The position numbers and the translations under genes were made by a program. From contig OZ220744.1 of the NCBI GenBank assembly GCA_965116925.1, forward strand, positions 1,536,001-1,600,000: DNA of 64,000 nucleotides, read 5' to 3'. Positions 31,167-39,786 of this stretch are shown piece after piece. Position 1 is the stretch's first letter; the number at the start of each line of letters is the position of its first letter. The notes below the pieces were generated by a model. The model saw only the letters and a program-made list of their open reading frames with translations. It did no database searches and was not told where the DNA came from. Source of the stretch: Candidatus Poribacteria bacterium. Lineage in GTDB: Bacteria; Poribacteria; WGA-4E; PCPOR2b.

Positions 31167-32066
31167 CTACAATACCTTACTTCCCTGCATAAAGGTCGCG
31201 CAGATTTTGGCGCCTGCGGTGTGTGCATAAAATGAGATGGGTCCAACCCACGCAATCTCACAACGTGGGTAGCCACGGGTTTTCATATCTTGGAGACAGC
31301 GAAGAAAAAGGACTTTCCCGATTCCCAAACCGCGTAACGATTCTTCCACGCCTGTGGGTCCGAACCCGCCACGAAACAGCGTTACGTCGTAGGTGGCAAA
31401 ACCGCGGATGTTGCGATCTGAATCGAGGGCTATAAAGGTTGTCACTGGCGTGTTTTTCAGCGAATTGTACGCCTCGGCTGTCCAGTTTTGGCTCCAAGTC
31501 CCTAGCATCCACTCGTAAAACGTCTGCTCGTCTTCACGCTCTAGACGTCTTATCTTGAAGCCTTGTTTTGCGAGTTTTGCTTCTGTCTGTGCCGTGTCAA
31601 AATCACCCGCTATAAGATCAACCTCCATATTGTGGACATAACGCTCAGCGGCGTAGCCGTGCGACTGAAGAAAGCAGAATGCTTCTGTGTAGCGTGGGTC
31701 TAAGCCGGGGGTGAAATAGTACGGTGAGCAATTCAGGATACGCACTCGCTCTGCACCGCCAGATCGAAAAAGTGCTTCTATTTCGGCTAACATCATGCTC
31801 CCAAGCCCTGATCTGCGGTGTTCCTGATCCACAGCGAAGAGTTTCAGCCCTGCCTCATTGCCGCGCAACACGCCAACCATAAAGCCGATTGTTTTTCCGT
31901 TGTCTCGTAGGAGAAAGCCGTGATCGGGCAAGTGATCGGGGTCGTCGAAAATCCGTCTCTGTAGAATCTCCTTTTCAAACTGACCTGAATGGAATTCAAA
32001 GTTTCTGTTGCAAAAGGCAGCCAATTCGTCCAGATGCTGCGGCTGAAGTTCGACAAAGTGTGGCAT
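31167..32066 (-). CDS. Tandem GNAT acetyltransferase
   Basis: Two acetyl-CoA motifs: HRRSGLG and LRGLGIG. Confidence 0.85.
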   Translation of the reverse strand: MPHFVELQPQHLDELAAFCNRNFEFHSGQFEKEILQRRIFDDPDHLPDHGFLLRDNGKTIGFMVGVLRGNEAGLKLFAVDQEHRRSGLGSMMLAEIEALFRSGGAERVRILNCSPYYFTPGLDPRYTEAFCFLQSHGYAAERYVHNMEVDLIAGDFDTAQTEAKLAKQGFKIRRLEREDEQTFYEWMLGTWSQNWTAEAYNSLKNTPVTTFIALDSDRNIRGFATYDVTLFRGGFGPTGVEESLRGLGIGKVLFLRCLQDMKTRGYPRCEIAWVGPISFYAHTAGAKICATFMQGSKVL

Positions 32067-32078
32067 TATCTTTTCCTA

Positions 32079-32375
32079 GGGCGTGTTGACATTTTGATTT
32101 TGCTAATTCAACAAACGCTGTAATTATCGGCAATCTACCAGATATGGCACAAACTGTTAGCTTGCGGACGGAGATCACAATCTAAATGAAAATTAAAAAA
32201 ATAATTCGGTAATTTGCTAGCGATGCCGGCGCGGTTGAAAACCGCGCCTACCGTATGTTTCGAGGAAAATCGGGATTACCGATTTAAATACTTAAATCTC
32301 ATACAGATTGTGGTACAAAAGACGACTTTTAGGAAATAAGCCTTTGAAAAGGAGACTCCTCGATGAAAAACGGAG
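32079..32375 (+). mobile_element. MITE family A copy interrupted by a family B element
   Basis: Core split at ATCTAA/CAG by the 32186-32302 insertion. Confidence 0.75.
32186..32302. mobile_element. 117-bp MITE family B (ATGA..TCAT ends, 1-bp duplication)
   Basis: Reverse-complement copy of the same length at 50248-50364. Confidence 0.8.
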
Positions 32376-32396
32376 TAATGACTTTTCAAACAGGCT

Positions 32397-33845
32397 CTAA
32401 ATCTCAGGAAAAATGTTACAGCCATCGGGAGCTGTCCAGAGATCGGGGGCATCTTCTGTGGAAATGTTGGCATTCTTACCAAATTCTTCAAGGACTTGGT
32501 AGTCATTTTGTGTCGTTTCGAGCGTGTGTAGCACCGTTTCACCAGACCAACCCGCTTTGACTTCGGCGAGCAGTTCATCTCGAATTGTCGAATAAGAGGT
32601 GTCATCGGCAAGGTCGTCCCATTCACCGGGGTCGGTTTCGAGATTGAACAGTTGGGACTGATTATACCCATGATAATGGTTCAGTTTCCAACTCCCACGG
32701 CGAATCATCCGAGCCGGGGGATCGTTTTGGAGACCACCCAACTCTGCAAACGCTGTATTGTGCCAGTTGGGAACCTTTCCGTCGTCAACCAAGAATCCTT
32801 TGAGGCTGTGTCCTCGCGCTCCGGGCATTGGTTCGCCCCCTACGAGGTCAACAAGCGTCGGCCCAATATCAAGCAGGCTAGTCACGTCAGGGACTGTCCG
32901 ACCTTCGGCAAATTGTCCGGGCAACGAAAAGATGAGCGGCACACCGACGGAGTCTTGATAAAAACTGGACTTCCACCACATCCGATGCTCGCCTGCCATT
33001 TCACCGTGATCGGAGGTATAGATAATCAGTGTGTTCTTGCCAAAACGGGTGTCCGCTAGCGTGGATAGTAGCTTTCCGATTAGTTCATCCATGAATGTCA
33101 CTAGACCGTAGTATGCCGCCCGCGCGATTCGTACCTGCTCATCTGTCAGTTCATCAACTTGGCGGTGTTTCCGCCACGATTTCATGAACGGGTGGAGTGA
33201 ATCGTGATAGCTTTGAGGTAGTTGTGGCACATCAATCTTCTCAAGATATTCGTCGAACAGTCGTTTCGGTGCAATGAACGGGCAGTGTGGGAGCACATAT
33301 CCAACCGTCATGAAAAAGGGACGATCCCCCGGATTTTTGTCCAACGATTCAAGAAATTGGCAGCCAACTTGCGTGACATCTTCATCGTAGCGGGTGTAGG
33401 CGGTACGTCCGGGACCCGCAACTTTAACACCGGCGGCGGTTTGACCGGCGGTGGAGGTGGGAATATGTCCCAGTTGGGGACTGATGTCTCCGATAATTCG
33501 CCGTTCAAAACCGTGCCGTTGATCGGGGCCGTTAAAGTGCATACGTCCACACAAAGTTGTTTCGTATCCAGCATTGACTAGGTGATGGACAAAGGTGGGT
33601 ATATCGGATTGGAGGCGGCAACGATTGGTCCAGACACGGATATCTGAGCTATGCCGGCTTGTCAGAAATGTCATCCGTGAAGGCACGCAGAGGGGATTGC
33701 CGCAATGATTGTTGGCAAAGCGAACACCACGCGATGCTAATCGGTCAAGCGTCGGGGTTCGCACAACTTCTTCTCCGGCACACCCAAGAAAGCGTGGACT
33801 GTGCTGGTCTGACATAATTAGCAGAATGTTTGGAGGAGTTGTCAT
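32397..33845 (-). CDS. Sulfatase (choline-sulfatase-like)
   Basis: PNILLIMSDQH, formylglycine motif CVPSR, GRMHF and SDHGE. Confidence 0.92.
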   Translation of the reverse strand: MTTPPNILLIMSDQHSPRFLGCAGEEVVRTPTLDRLASRGVRFANNHCGNPLCVPSRMTFLTSRHSSDIRVWTNRCRLQSDIPTFVHHLVNAGYETTLCGRMHFNGPDQRHGFERRIIGDISPQLGHIPTSTAGQTAAGVKVAGPGRTAYTRYDEDVTQVGCQFLESLDKNPGDRPFFMTVGYVLPHCPFIAPKRLFDEYLEKIDVPQLPQSYHDSLHPFMKSWRKHRQVDELTDEQVRIARAAYYGLVTFMDELIGKLLSTLADTRFGKNTLIIYTSDHGEMAGEHRMWWKSSFYQDSVGVPLIFSLPGQFAEGRTVPDVTSLLDIGPTLVDLVGGEPMPGARGHSLKGFLVDDGKVPNWHNTAFAELGGLQNDPPARMIRRGSWKLNHYHGYNQSQLFNLETDPGEWDDLADDTSYSTIRDELLAEVKAGWSGETVLHTLETTQNDYQVLEEFGKNANISTEDAPDLWTAPDGCNIFPEI

Positions 33846-33929
33846 GTCAAAACCTCATAAGACTTACGCGCTTCAGCTCTAAGAGTAGATAGGGACGCAG
33901 ATTTCGCTGATTTTCGCAGATAAAAAGAC

Positions 33930-34028
33930 AGGACTTACGCAAATTTAGCACATGGGGGTAGATTTTTGATTTTTAACCCCCTAAATCCCCCTTATCAGGG
34001 GGACTTATGAACGTTCTGCGTATGTCCT
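33930..34028. mobile_element. MITE family D copy with CCCCCTAAATCCCCCTTATCAGGGGG cargo
   Basis: AGGACTTACGCA ... TGCGTATGTCCT; the cargo is also at 15351-15380. Confidence 0.7.
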
Positions 34029-34069
34029 AACCTCAATTTGAAGATGAGAAGAAGGGTAGGGAGTTTTCA

Positions 34070-34927
34070 TCAAATGGCAGCTCCCGCCAACACGAACCGT
34101 TCCAGTGCTGCTGCGACACCGTCCGCATCATTTGAGGAGGTCACGTAGAATCCGTGTTGTTTGAGTGCTTCACCTGCATTCTCCATGATCACGCCCGTTC
34201 CGGCAAATTTCAGCATATCCAGATCGTTATAGTTGTCGCCTATTGCGAGGATTTCCGATGGCTGTATTCCCATTTTTTTGGCAAGGTAACGTAACGGCAG
34301 ATCCTTGCCAACGGTTGCGTGTGAGAGGCCGAGAAAAGCGTGTCGTCCGTTATTGATGATTACTAGGATCGGCTTGACCTGTCCATTTAAGCGTGTCTGA
34401 AAAATTTCAGCGACCTCATGTGCCTTCTCTGCGGGAACGACAGAGATAACTTCAATCACATCGCCCGGCAAATCGGTTGCCAGATTATCGACCCATTTCA
34501 GGTGAGCTTTATTCTCCTCAAGATAGCCACGCTCCCAGGTATCAAGTTGATCGCCGTATTGCTCAACAAAGATATTGGCTGCATCTTGCGTACCTTCAAA
34601 AACAACAGGACGAAGTCCAAGTTCCTTCGCGATCTGGACAACCTGTTTCGCAATGGTGCAGGGCAGCAGTTGGTAGTGAAGTAGCTCGCCGTTGAGTCGT
34701 TTGAGGATCGCACCGTTATGTGCTGCCAGCAACACTTCTGGAAACTCAAGTTGTGAAATTCTCGGTTTGGCTGTGATAAAACGTCGTCCGGTTGCAACGA
34801 CAACGGTTGCGCCTGTTTGAGCGACGTGATGTACAACCTCCTTTGTACGCTCCGTAATCCTTCCGTCCGAATCTGCGAGTGTGCCATCAATGTCCAAGGC
34901 AATTAGTTTATATTTTGCCATCATCAA
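34070..34927 (-). CDS. Cof-type HAD hydrolase
   Basis: DIDGTL, ATGR and GDNYND motifs. Confidence 0.92.
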   Translation of the reverse strand: MMMAKYKLIALDIDGTLADSDGRITERTKEVVHHVAQTGATVVVATGRRFITAKPRISQLEFPEVLLAAHNGAILKRLNGELLHYQLLPCTIAKQVVQIAKELGLRPVVFEGTQDAANIFVEQYGDQLDTWERGYLEENKAHLKWVDNLATDLPGDVIEVISVVPAEKAHEVAEIFQTRLNGQVKPILVIINNGRHAFLGLSHATVGKDLPLRYLAKKMGIQPSEILAIGDNYNDLDMLKFAGTGVIMENAGEALKQHGFYVTSSNDADGVAAALERFVLAGAAI

Positions 34928-35859
34928 TTCGCCTTGTTAAGCAACTCTGCCTGTGCGGTTAATACTGTTTCAGCCGACAACTCTTCGTCCCCTTTGGCGG
35001 TGCTACATTTCGTGCCGAGGAATATGGGTTGAGAACTTGATGCTAGCACAGCAGCACAGGATATGGCATCTGCTTCAGTAAAGCCACTTTGGGGATCGAG
35101 ATGCGAATTGTGGGAGTCTGTGAATCCATCCGCAGATGCGCCAGCACCGGACAAAATCACGCCCGACAAAGGCACGTCCGACTCCAGAATCTGGTGTACC
35201 CCCGATAGTGGCACGTTGCCGTTGACCAGCAGGCGTCCCCAGTTGACCATGAGCGCGATGGGATTTCCTGATGTACTTCCACTATTCACGAAGGATAGTA
35301 TTTGGATAAGATCGGATAGCGTCAATGAAGCCTTCTTCGCTGCAGGGAACGGTATTGGATGGTCGGGAGGGAGCCAGTCTGTCACTTCTACCGATAGCGT
35401 GGTGTCCGGTAGGATAGATGCAGCCAGCTGGTGCAAATGGGTCAAACTTTTATGGAATGCGATGGCGTGTGGGATAGTTTCGCCGGAGCGTCCGCCGGTG
35501 TGGACGAAGACGTTGCGGACACGGATGCCAGCCTCGGATAACGCCATACATTGCTGCAGTGATGAACAGGCATCCACCAACGCTGTTTGACGGGACGATT
35601 CGTCCAGTGAGGAGAGGCCGTACGCGGGGTTCTTCTGCCCAGCGGTTGCCCACTGTGCTACAAAGGTTGCTACAATCGACGCGGATAGTTCGGTGAGTAC
35701 GTCAACGACTTCCGGCACTACCGGCACACCCGCCAGAATTGGAACTTCAAAGGTGTTGATATTCCATTCTTCCACCGCTTTGCGATACCAATCCGCTTGT
35801 TCGGTTGGCGAAAGCGTTCCAACGATGGTATAGGCGCCTAGAACTTTTTCGGTAATCAT
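34924..35859 (-). CDS. Hypothetical TIM-barrel protein (DUF4862-like)
   Basis: LGAY, FEVP, VNWGR and SG..FTDSH resemble DUF4862; coupled to the HAD gene. Confidence 0.6.
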   Translation of the reverse strand: MITEKVLGAYTIVGTLSPTEQADWYRKAVEEWNINTFEVPILAGVPVVPEVVDVLTELSASIVATFVAQWATAGQKNPAYGLSSLDESSRQTALVDACSSLQQCMALSEAGIRVRNVFVHTGGRSGETIPHAIAFHKSLTHLHQLAASILPDTTLSVEVTDWLPPDHPIPFPAAKKASLTLSDLIQILSFVNSGSTSGNPIALMVNWGRLLVNGNVPLSGVHQILESDVPLSGVILSGAGASADGFTDSHNSHLDPQSGFTEADAISCAAVLASSSQPIFLGTKCSTAKGDEELSAETVLTAQAELLNKAN

Positions 35860-35906
35860 TTGGTGTCCTTTCTCAATAAGGGAGGGTCATGTGAGGAAGC
35901 GGAAAA

Positions 35907-35935
35907 ATCGTAACAGACTCCCCCTTTTTTGTCAA
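35907..35935 (-). promoter_or_regulatory. Putative sigma70 promoter
   Basis: Minus strand TTGACA-17 bp-TACGAT upstream of 35859. Confidence 0.55.
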
Positions 35936-36357
35936 GGGTTTTTGCCCAAATCTTAGAGTCATTTATGGTAGATTTTAGAATTAATGAGACACTGTGAACG
36001 AGCGAGGTCAGGAACTTTGTTCGCGGAGTTACGGCACACGGAGTGTGCCTACTACTTTGAATGTGCATTTATGTTTATAGTAGATTTTAGAATCGATGGG
36101 ATACGCCAAACCGGTGCGGTTGCAAACCGCACCTACCGGGCCTGGGGAAAATATAGAATTACCGAATTATTTTCTCGAATCTCATGAAAATCGACCTACA
36201 GAAGTGTCCTGCGGGTTGGGAGACCCAACCCCTACGCAGGATTATGTGTCTGTGTAACCTCGTTGACTATGGGGTTGCGATGAAATGCCAACAGCGTTTG
36301 TAGGTCGAGATTCATATATAGACTGTCGAACTTAAAAAATTGACCTCTGTCTCCTGC

Positions 36358-39300
36358 CTACTTGACGATCACCATTCGCCGGGTTTGGGTGTAGGTGTCG
36401 GTGTTGAGGGTGTAGAAGTAGACGCCACTGCTAACCGGTTCTCGATTTTGGTTTCGCCCGTCCCAGTAGATAGCCCGCTTGCGGGTGTGGTAGTAGCCGG
36501 CCGGTTTGTGTCCGACTTGAATTGTCCTGACGAGGCTGCCGGTCACATCGTAGATTTTGACAGTGACAGTAGACTCTTCTGATAACTGATAGGGTATCCA
36601 TGTATCCGGGTTGAAGGGGTTGGGATAGTTGGAGAGGAGTTTGGTCTCTTGGACGTTGAGATCTGCGATGGATAGGTAGTGGCGGAGCAGTTCGATGGCG
36701 ATTTGAACGCCGTGTGATTTGTTGGGGATAGCCTCTAACTCGGCCAAAGCACGTTGTACGGCGATGACCTCTTTGGCGGTGGAGGGGATAGATTCGATGA
36801 GAGCTAACTGCGAAGGAGCGGCGGCATTCTGACTCAGATGCTTTGCGACAAGGGTGAGATCGAGTATATTGACTACCCCATCGCCATTGAGGTCAGGATC
36901 GGATTTACCGAAGTTGTTGGCAACGTGCACCAAGTCCAAGATGTTGACGTTCCCATCGCCGTTGACATCTGCGGGGTTTTTGGCTTTGAGGTATATTTCG
37001 CCGTCAAGGTCGGGGAGTAGGTGGGTCTGGGCTGCAGCATTGCTTCCCCTATCGGAGACGGGGGTGGCAGGTGCAGGCAGGGAGATAGTTTGGGCTACCC
37101 CGCTTCGGTTATAGACCGCCCACCCGTTGGTGAACTCTCTGATATACAAGCCTTGAACATTTTGATAGCGTTGGGCAGCGGGACTGACGGGTTGTCCGAG
37201 GTCAGTATCATAGAAGGGATACCAGAAACGTCCTACAGTGGTGGAGAAGCCAACGTATCCATCGGACAGGGTGAGCCCCATTGTGATGAACAGCCGCATC
37301 AGTTGCTTATTGTTCGGACTCTCGGGGGGTTCAGTTGGCATCGCACGCCCTCTTAAACAGTTGATTTGCGGCTCTCTCAGATTTTCTTCTAACCAGATGA
37401 GATTGGTTTCAATCTCAATAATATCATCGCGTGTGTAACCTATCTCAGGATCATCAGGGAAGGTTTCCATGTAACTGCCGTTGACGTAAGGAGCTGAGAT
37501 TGGGAGTTTCCTTCGATTTCTATTGGCAAGTATCAAAAAATCGTTAGGAACGTTGGCACGGATGCGTCGAAGAATCGATAGTCGTGCATCTCGTTCTTCT
37601 TCGGGGGTGCTATAGATTATGGTTCCATTGGGGTGATGAAAATTTGCCATTGAAATGCCGTACTCCTGCCACCAATCGAAGAAGATTCCGTCATACAATC
37701 CGCATTTTGAGACAGCAATCGTCTGTTCGACAATTATATCTTGCATCCCCGGTTGCCTAAAATCAAGCAGGTAGCGATTGGGTTTTGGTTTGCCAGAAGA
37801 TTCATGCCAATCTTGAACGAGATTGCCAGCTTCATCTCTGAGCCAATAGGGAAAGTCTTCAGGATAGTGACTATGAAGATGTGCAGATCGTTGTCGGATT
37901 TCAACGAGGAAGATTGTATTCGGGTTTTTGGCGAGTCGTTCCTCCCGTTTAGCTCTTGCCCGGTCCAGAGCACCTTTGAGTTGATAGCCTTGAGGGGTTG
38001 ATAGAAAATTAAGTTGAAAATGGGGACCGTGCCAATGTAAATCGTGAAGAGCTTCTCTATCATCATACGATAAGTGAGGCAGATTGCTTGTTGAATTTGC
38101 CCATCCTTGATAAAAGGAGGGGAAGTCCCGATTCTCGATGCGGTCTCGAATCGGTGGATCTGGAATGAGACATACCTCATCATATACAAACTCGGTCAGA
38201 GAGAGTCCCTGAAGTGGACTAAAGTCGATAATTCTGTTATTGAAAATCGAAAGATGTTCTAACTGAGTTAGATTCGCAAGTGGGGTCACATCAACAATCC
38301 AGTTGCCCGCTAGGCTTAACCAACGGAGTGCTGCCAAACCGGCAAGCGGTGTCAAATCTACAGAATCGTCGATACTACAATCTATAAGATGTAAGTCCCT
38401 TAATTGTGTGAGATTTGATAAGGGTGTGAGATCTGTTATGGGGACACCAGTGAGGTTGAGGATTGTCAGTTTTGTGAGATTCGATAGCGGAGAGAGGTCG
38501 TCGATAGGATTACCTCGAAGTTCCAGAAACTCCAAGTTTATAAGTTCTGCCAATGGGGTGATGTTTTGAATCTGATTTAGAGGGAGAGCGAGAAATTCCA
38601 GGTTGATGGCATATTCTATGCCGGTAATGTTGTGTATCTGGTTCCCTATGGCAGTAAATCTTTTTAATTTCGACATCTCTAGTTGGGTGATAGGGATTCC
38701 ATTAGGGAGTTCCAGAGCCTCCCGGATGGCACGCTTGAGGTTACGATCCGGTATTTCCACCTCGCTTGAAGCGATCTCTTGTAATTGATGGATATCAACA
38801 TCCACACTCTGAAGGTTCAAACCAAAGAGGGGCCGAAAGTCTGTTATCGGATTGTTAACAATTGTCAGATCGGTCAGCTGTATTAACTTAGCGAGCGGAC
38901 TGACATCAACCACCTGATTTTTGGCAAGATGTAGTGTTTTCAATACGGTTAAGTTGGCAAGGGGGCTGACATCGACAATCTGATTACGTTCAATGTATAG
39001 TTCTTCCAACTGTGTTAAGTTTGCAAGTGGGCTGATATCGACAATCTGATTTCTTTCTATCCATAGTTTTTTTAACGCGGTTAAGTTTGCAAGGGGACTA
39101 ACATCGACAATCTGATTGCTAGATAGGGTTAGCAGTATAAGTTGTGTCAGGCTCGATAGAGATGTAAGGTCTGTTATGTGTCGACAATGACTTAGGTGAA
39201 GCTCCTTTAACAGTGTTAGGTTGGCAAGCGGCGTGAGGTCTTTTATGGGCACGCCAGCAAGATTGAGATATGTCAGTTTTGTGAGATTGGCAAGGGGAGA

Positions 39301-39669
39301 GATGTCGGCAATTGGATTATTTCTTAGAATAAGAAAATCCAAGTTTGTAAGCCCAACCAATGGGGTGATGTCTTGAATCTGATTTACAGGAAGGACTAAT
39401 GTCCTCAAATTCGTAGCATATTCCAACCCGGTGAGATTTTCTATTTCTGCTTCGTTGGCTCTGAGTCTATTTAATCGCAACATCTCCTGCCGGGAGATAG
39501 GGATTTCATCAGGCAGCGTGAGTGCTGCCCGGACGGCTTGGTTGAGATTGGGGTCGGGAATCTCCACCACCTGAGCAGAGGCGTGGGGGATGAGAAGGAT
39601 TGCCACGACGGAAAGGATAAGAAGACGAGAAAACGGGAAAACGAGAAAACGGGACAGCGAGAATTTCAT
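36358..39669 (-). CDS. Secreted internalin-like LRR protein with putative glycoside-hydrolase-like domain, dockerin and FlgD/secretion-type C-terminal domain
   Basis: Signal peptide; 22-aa LRRs (NQIVDVSPLANLT.L..L.L); YDGIFFD; DVNGDGNVNILDL dockerin; NYPNPFNPDTWIPY...WDGRN...SGVYFY. Confidence 0.88.
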   Translation of the reverse strand: MKFSLSRFLVFPFSRLLILSVVAILLIPHASAQVVEIPDPNLNQAVRAALTLPDEIPISRQEMLRLNRLRANEAEIENLTGLEYATNLRTLVLPVNQIQDITPLVGLTNLDFLILRNNPIADISPLANLTKLTYLNLAGVPIKDLTPLANLTLLKELHLSHCRHITDLTSLSSLTQLILLTLSSNQIVDVSPLANLTALKKLWIERNQIVDISPLANLTQLEELYIERNQIVDVSPLANLTVLKTLHLAKNQVVDVSPLAKLIQLTDLTIVNNPITDFRPLFGLNLQSVDVDIHQLQEIASSEVEIPDRNLKRAIREALELPNGIPITQLEMSKLKRFTAIGNQIHNITGIEYAINLEFLALPLNQIQNITPLAELINLEFLELRGNPIDDLSPLSNLTKLTILNLTGVPITDLTPLSNLTQLRDLHLIDCSIDDSVDLTPLAGLAALRWLSLAGNWIVDVTPLANLTQLEHLSIFNNRIIDFSPLQGLSLTEFVYDEVCLIPDPPIRDRIENRDFPSFYQGWANSTSNLPHLSYDDREALHDLHWHGPHFQLNFLSTPQGYQLKGALDRARAKREERLAKNPNTIFLVEIRQRSAHLHSHYPEDFPYWLRDEAGNLVQDWHESSGKPKPNRYLLDFRQPGMQDIIVEQTIAVSKCGLYDGIFFDWWQEYGISMANFHHPNGTIIYSTPEEERDARLSILRRIRANVPNDFLILANRNRRKLPISAPYVNGSYMETFPDDPEIGYTRDDIIEIETNLIWLEENLREPQINCLRGRAMPTEPPESPNNKQLMRLFITMGLTLSDGYVGFSTTVGRFWYPFYDTDLGQPVSPAAQRYQNVQGLYIREFTNGWAVYNRSGVAQTISLPAPATPVSDRGSNAAAQTHLLPDLDGEIYLKAKNPADVNGDGNVNILDLVHVANNFGKSDPDLNGDGVVNILDLTLVAKHLSQNAAAPSQLALIESIPSTAKEVIAVQRALAELEAIPNKSHGVQIAIELLRHYLSIADLNVQETKLLSNYPNPFNPDTWIPYQLSEESTVTVKIYDVTGSLVRTIQVGHKPAGYYHTRKRAIYWDGRNQNREPVSSGVYFYTLNTDTYTQTRRMVIVK

Positions 39670-39705
39670 AGTAACTCCTTTATTTCGTGCATGAGTTTAT
39701 TATCC

Positions 39706-39773
39706 GTAGGTTGGGTTGAGCGGTGAGCGCGAAACCCAACTCAATAAAAGTAGTAGGCATACTCCGTATGCCG
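39706..39773. repeat. Two GTAG-hairpin REP-like units between the LRR paralogues
   Basis: GTAGGTTGGGTT..AACCCAAC and GTAGTAGGCATACTCCGTATGCC; an inverse of the latter is at 36032-36055. Confidence 0.7.
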
Positions 39774-39786
39774 TAATCTAACGGTG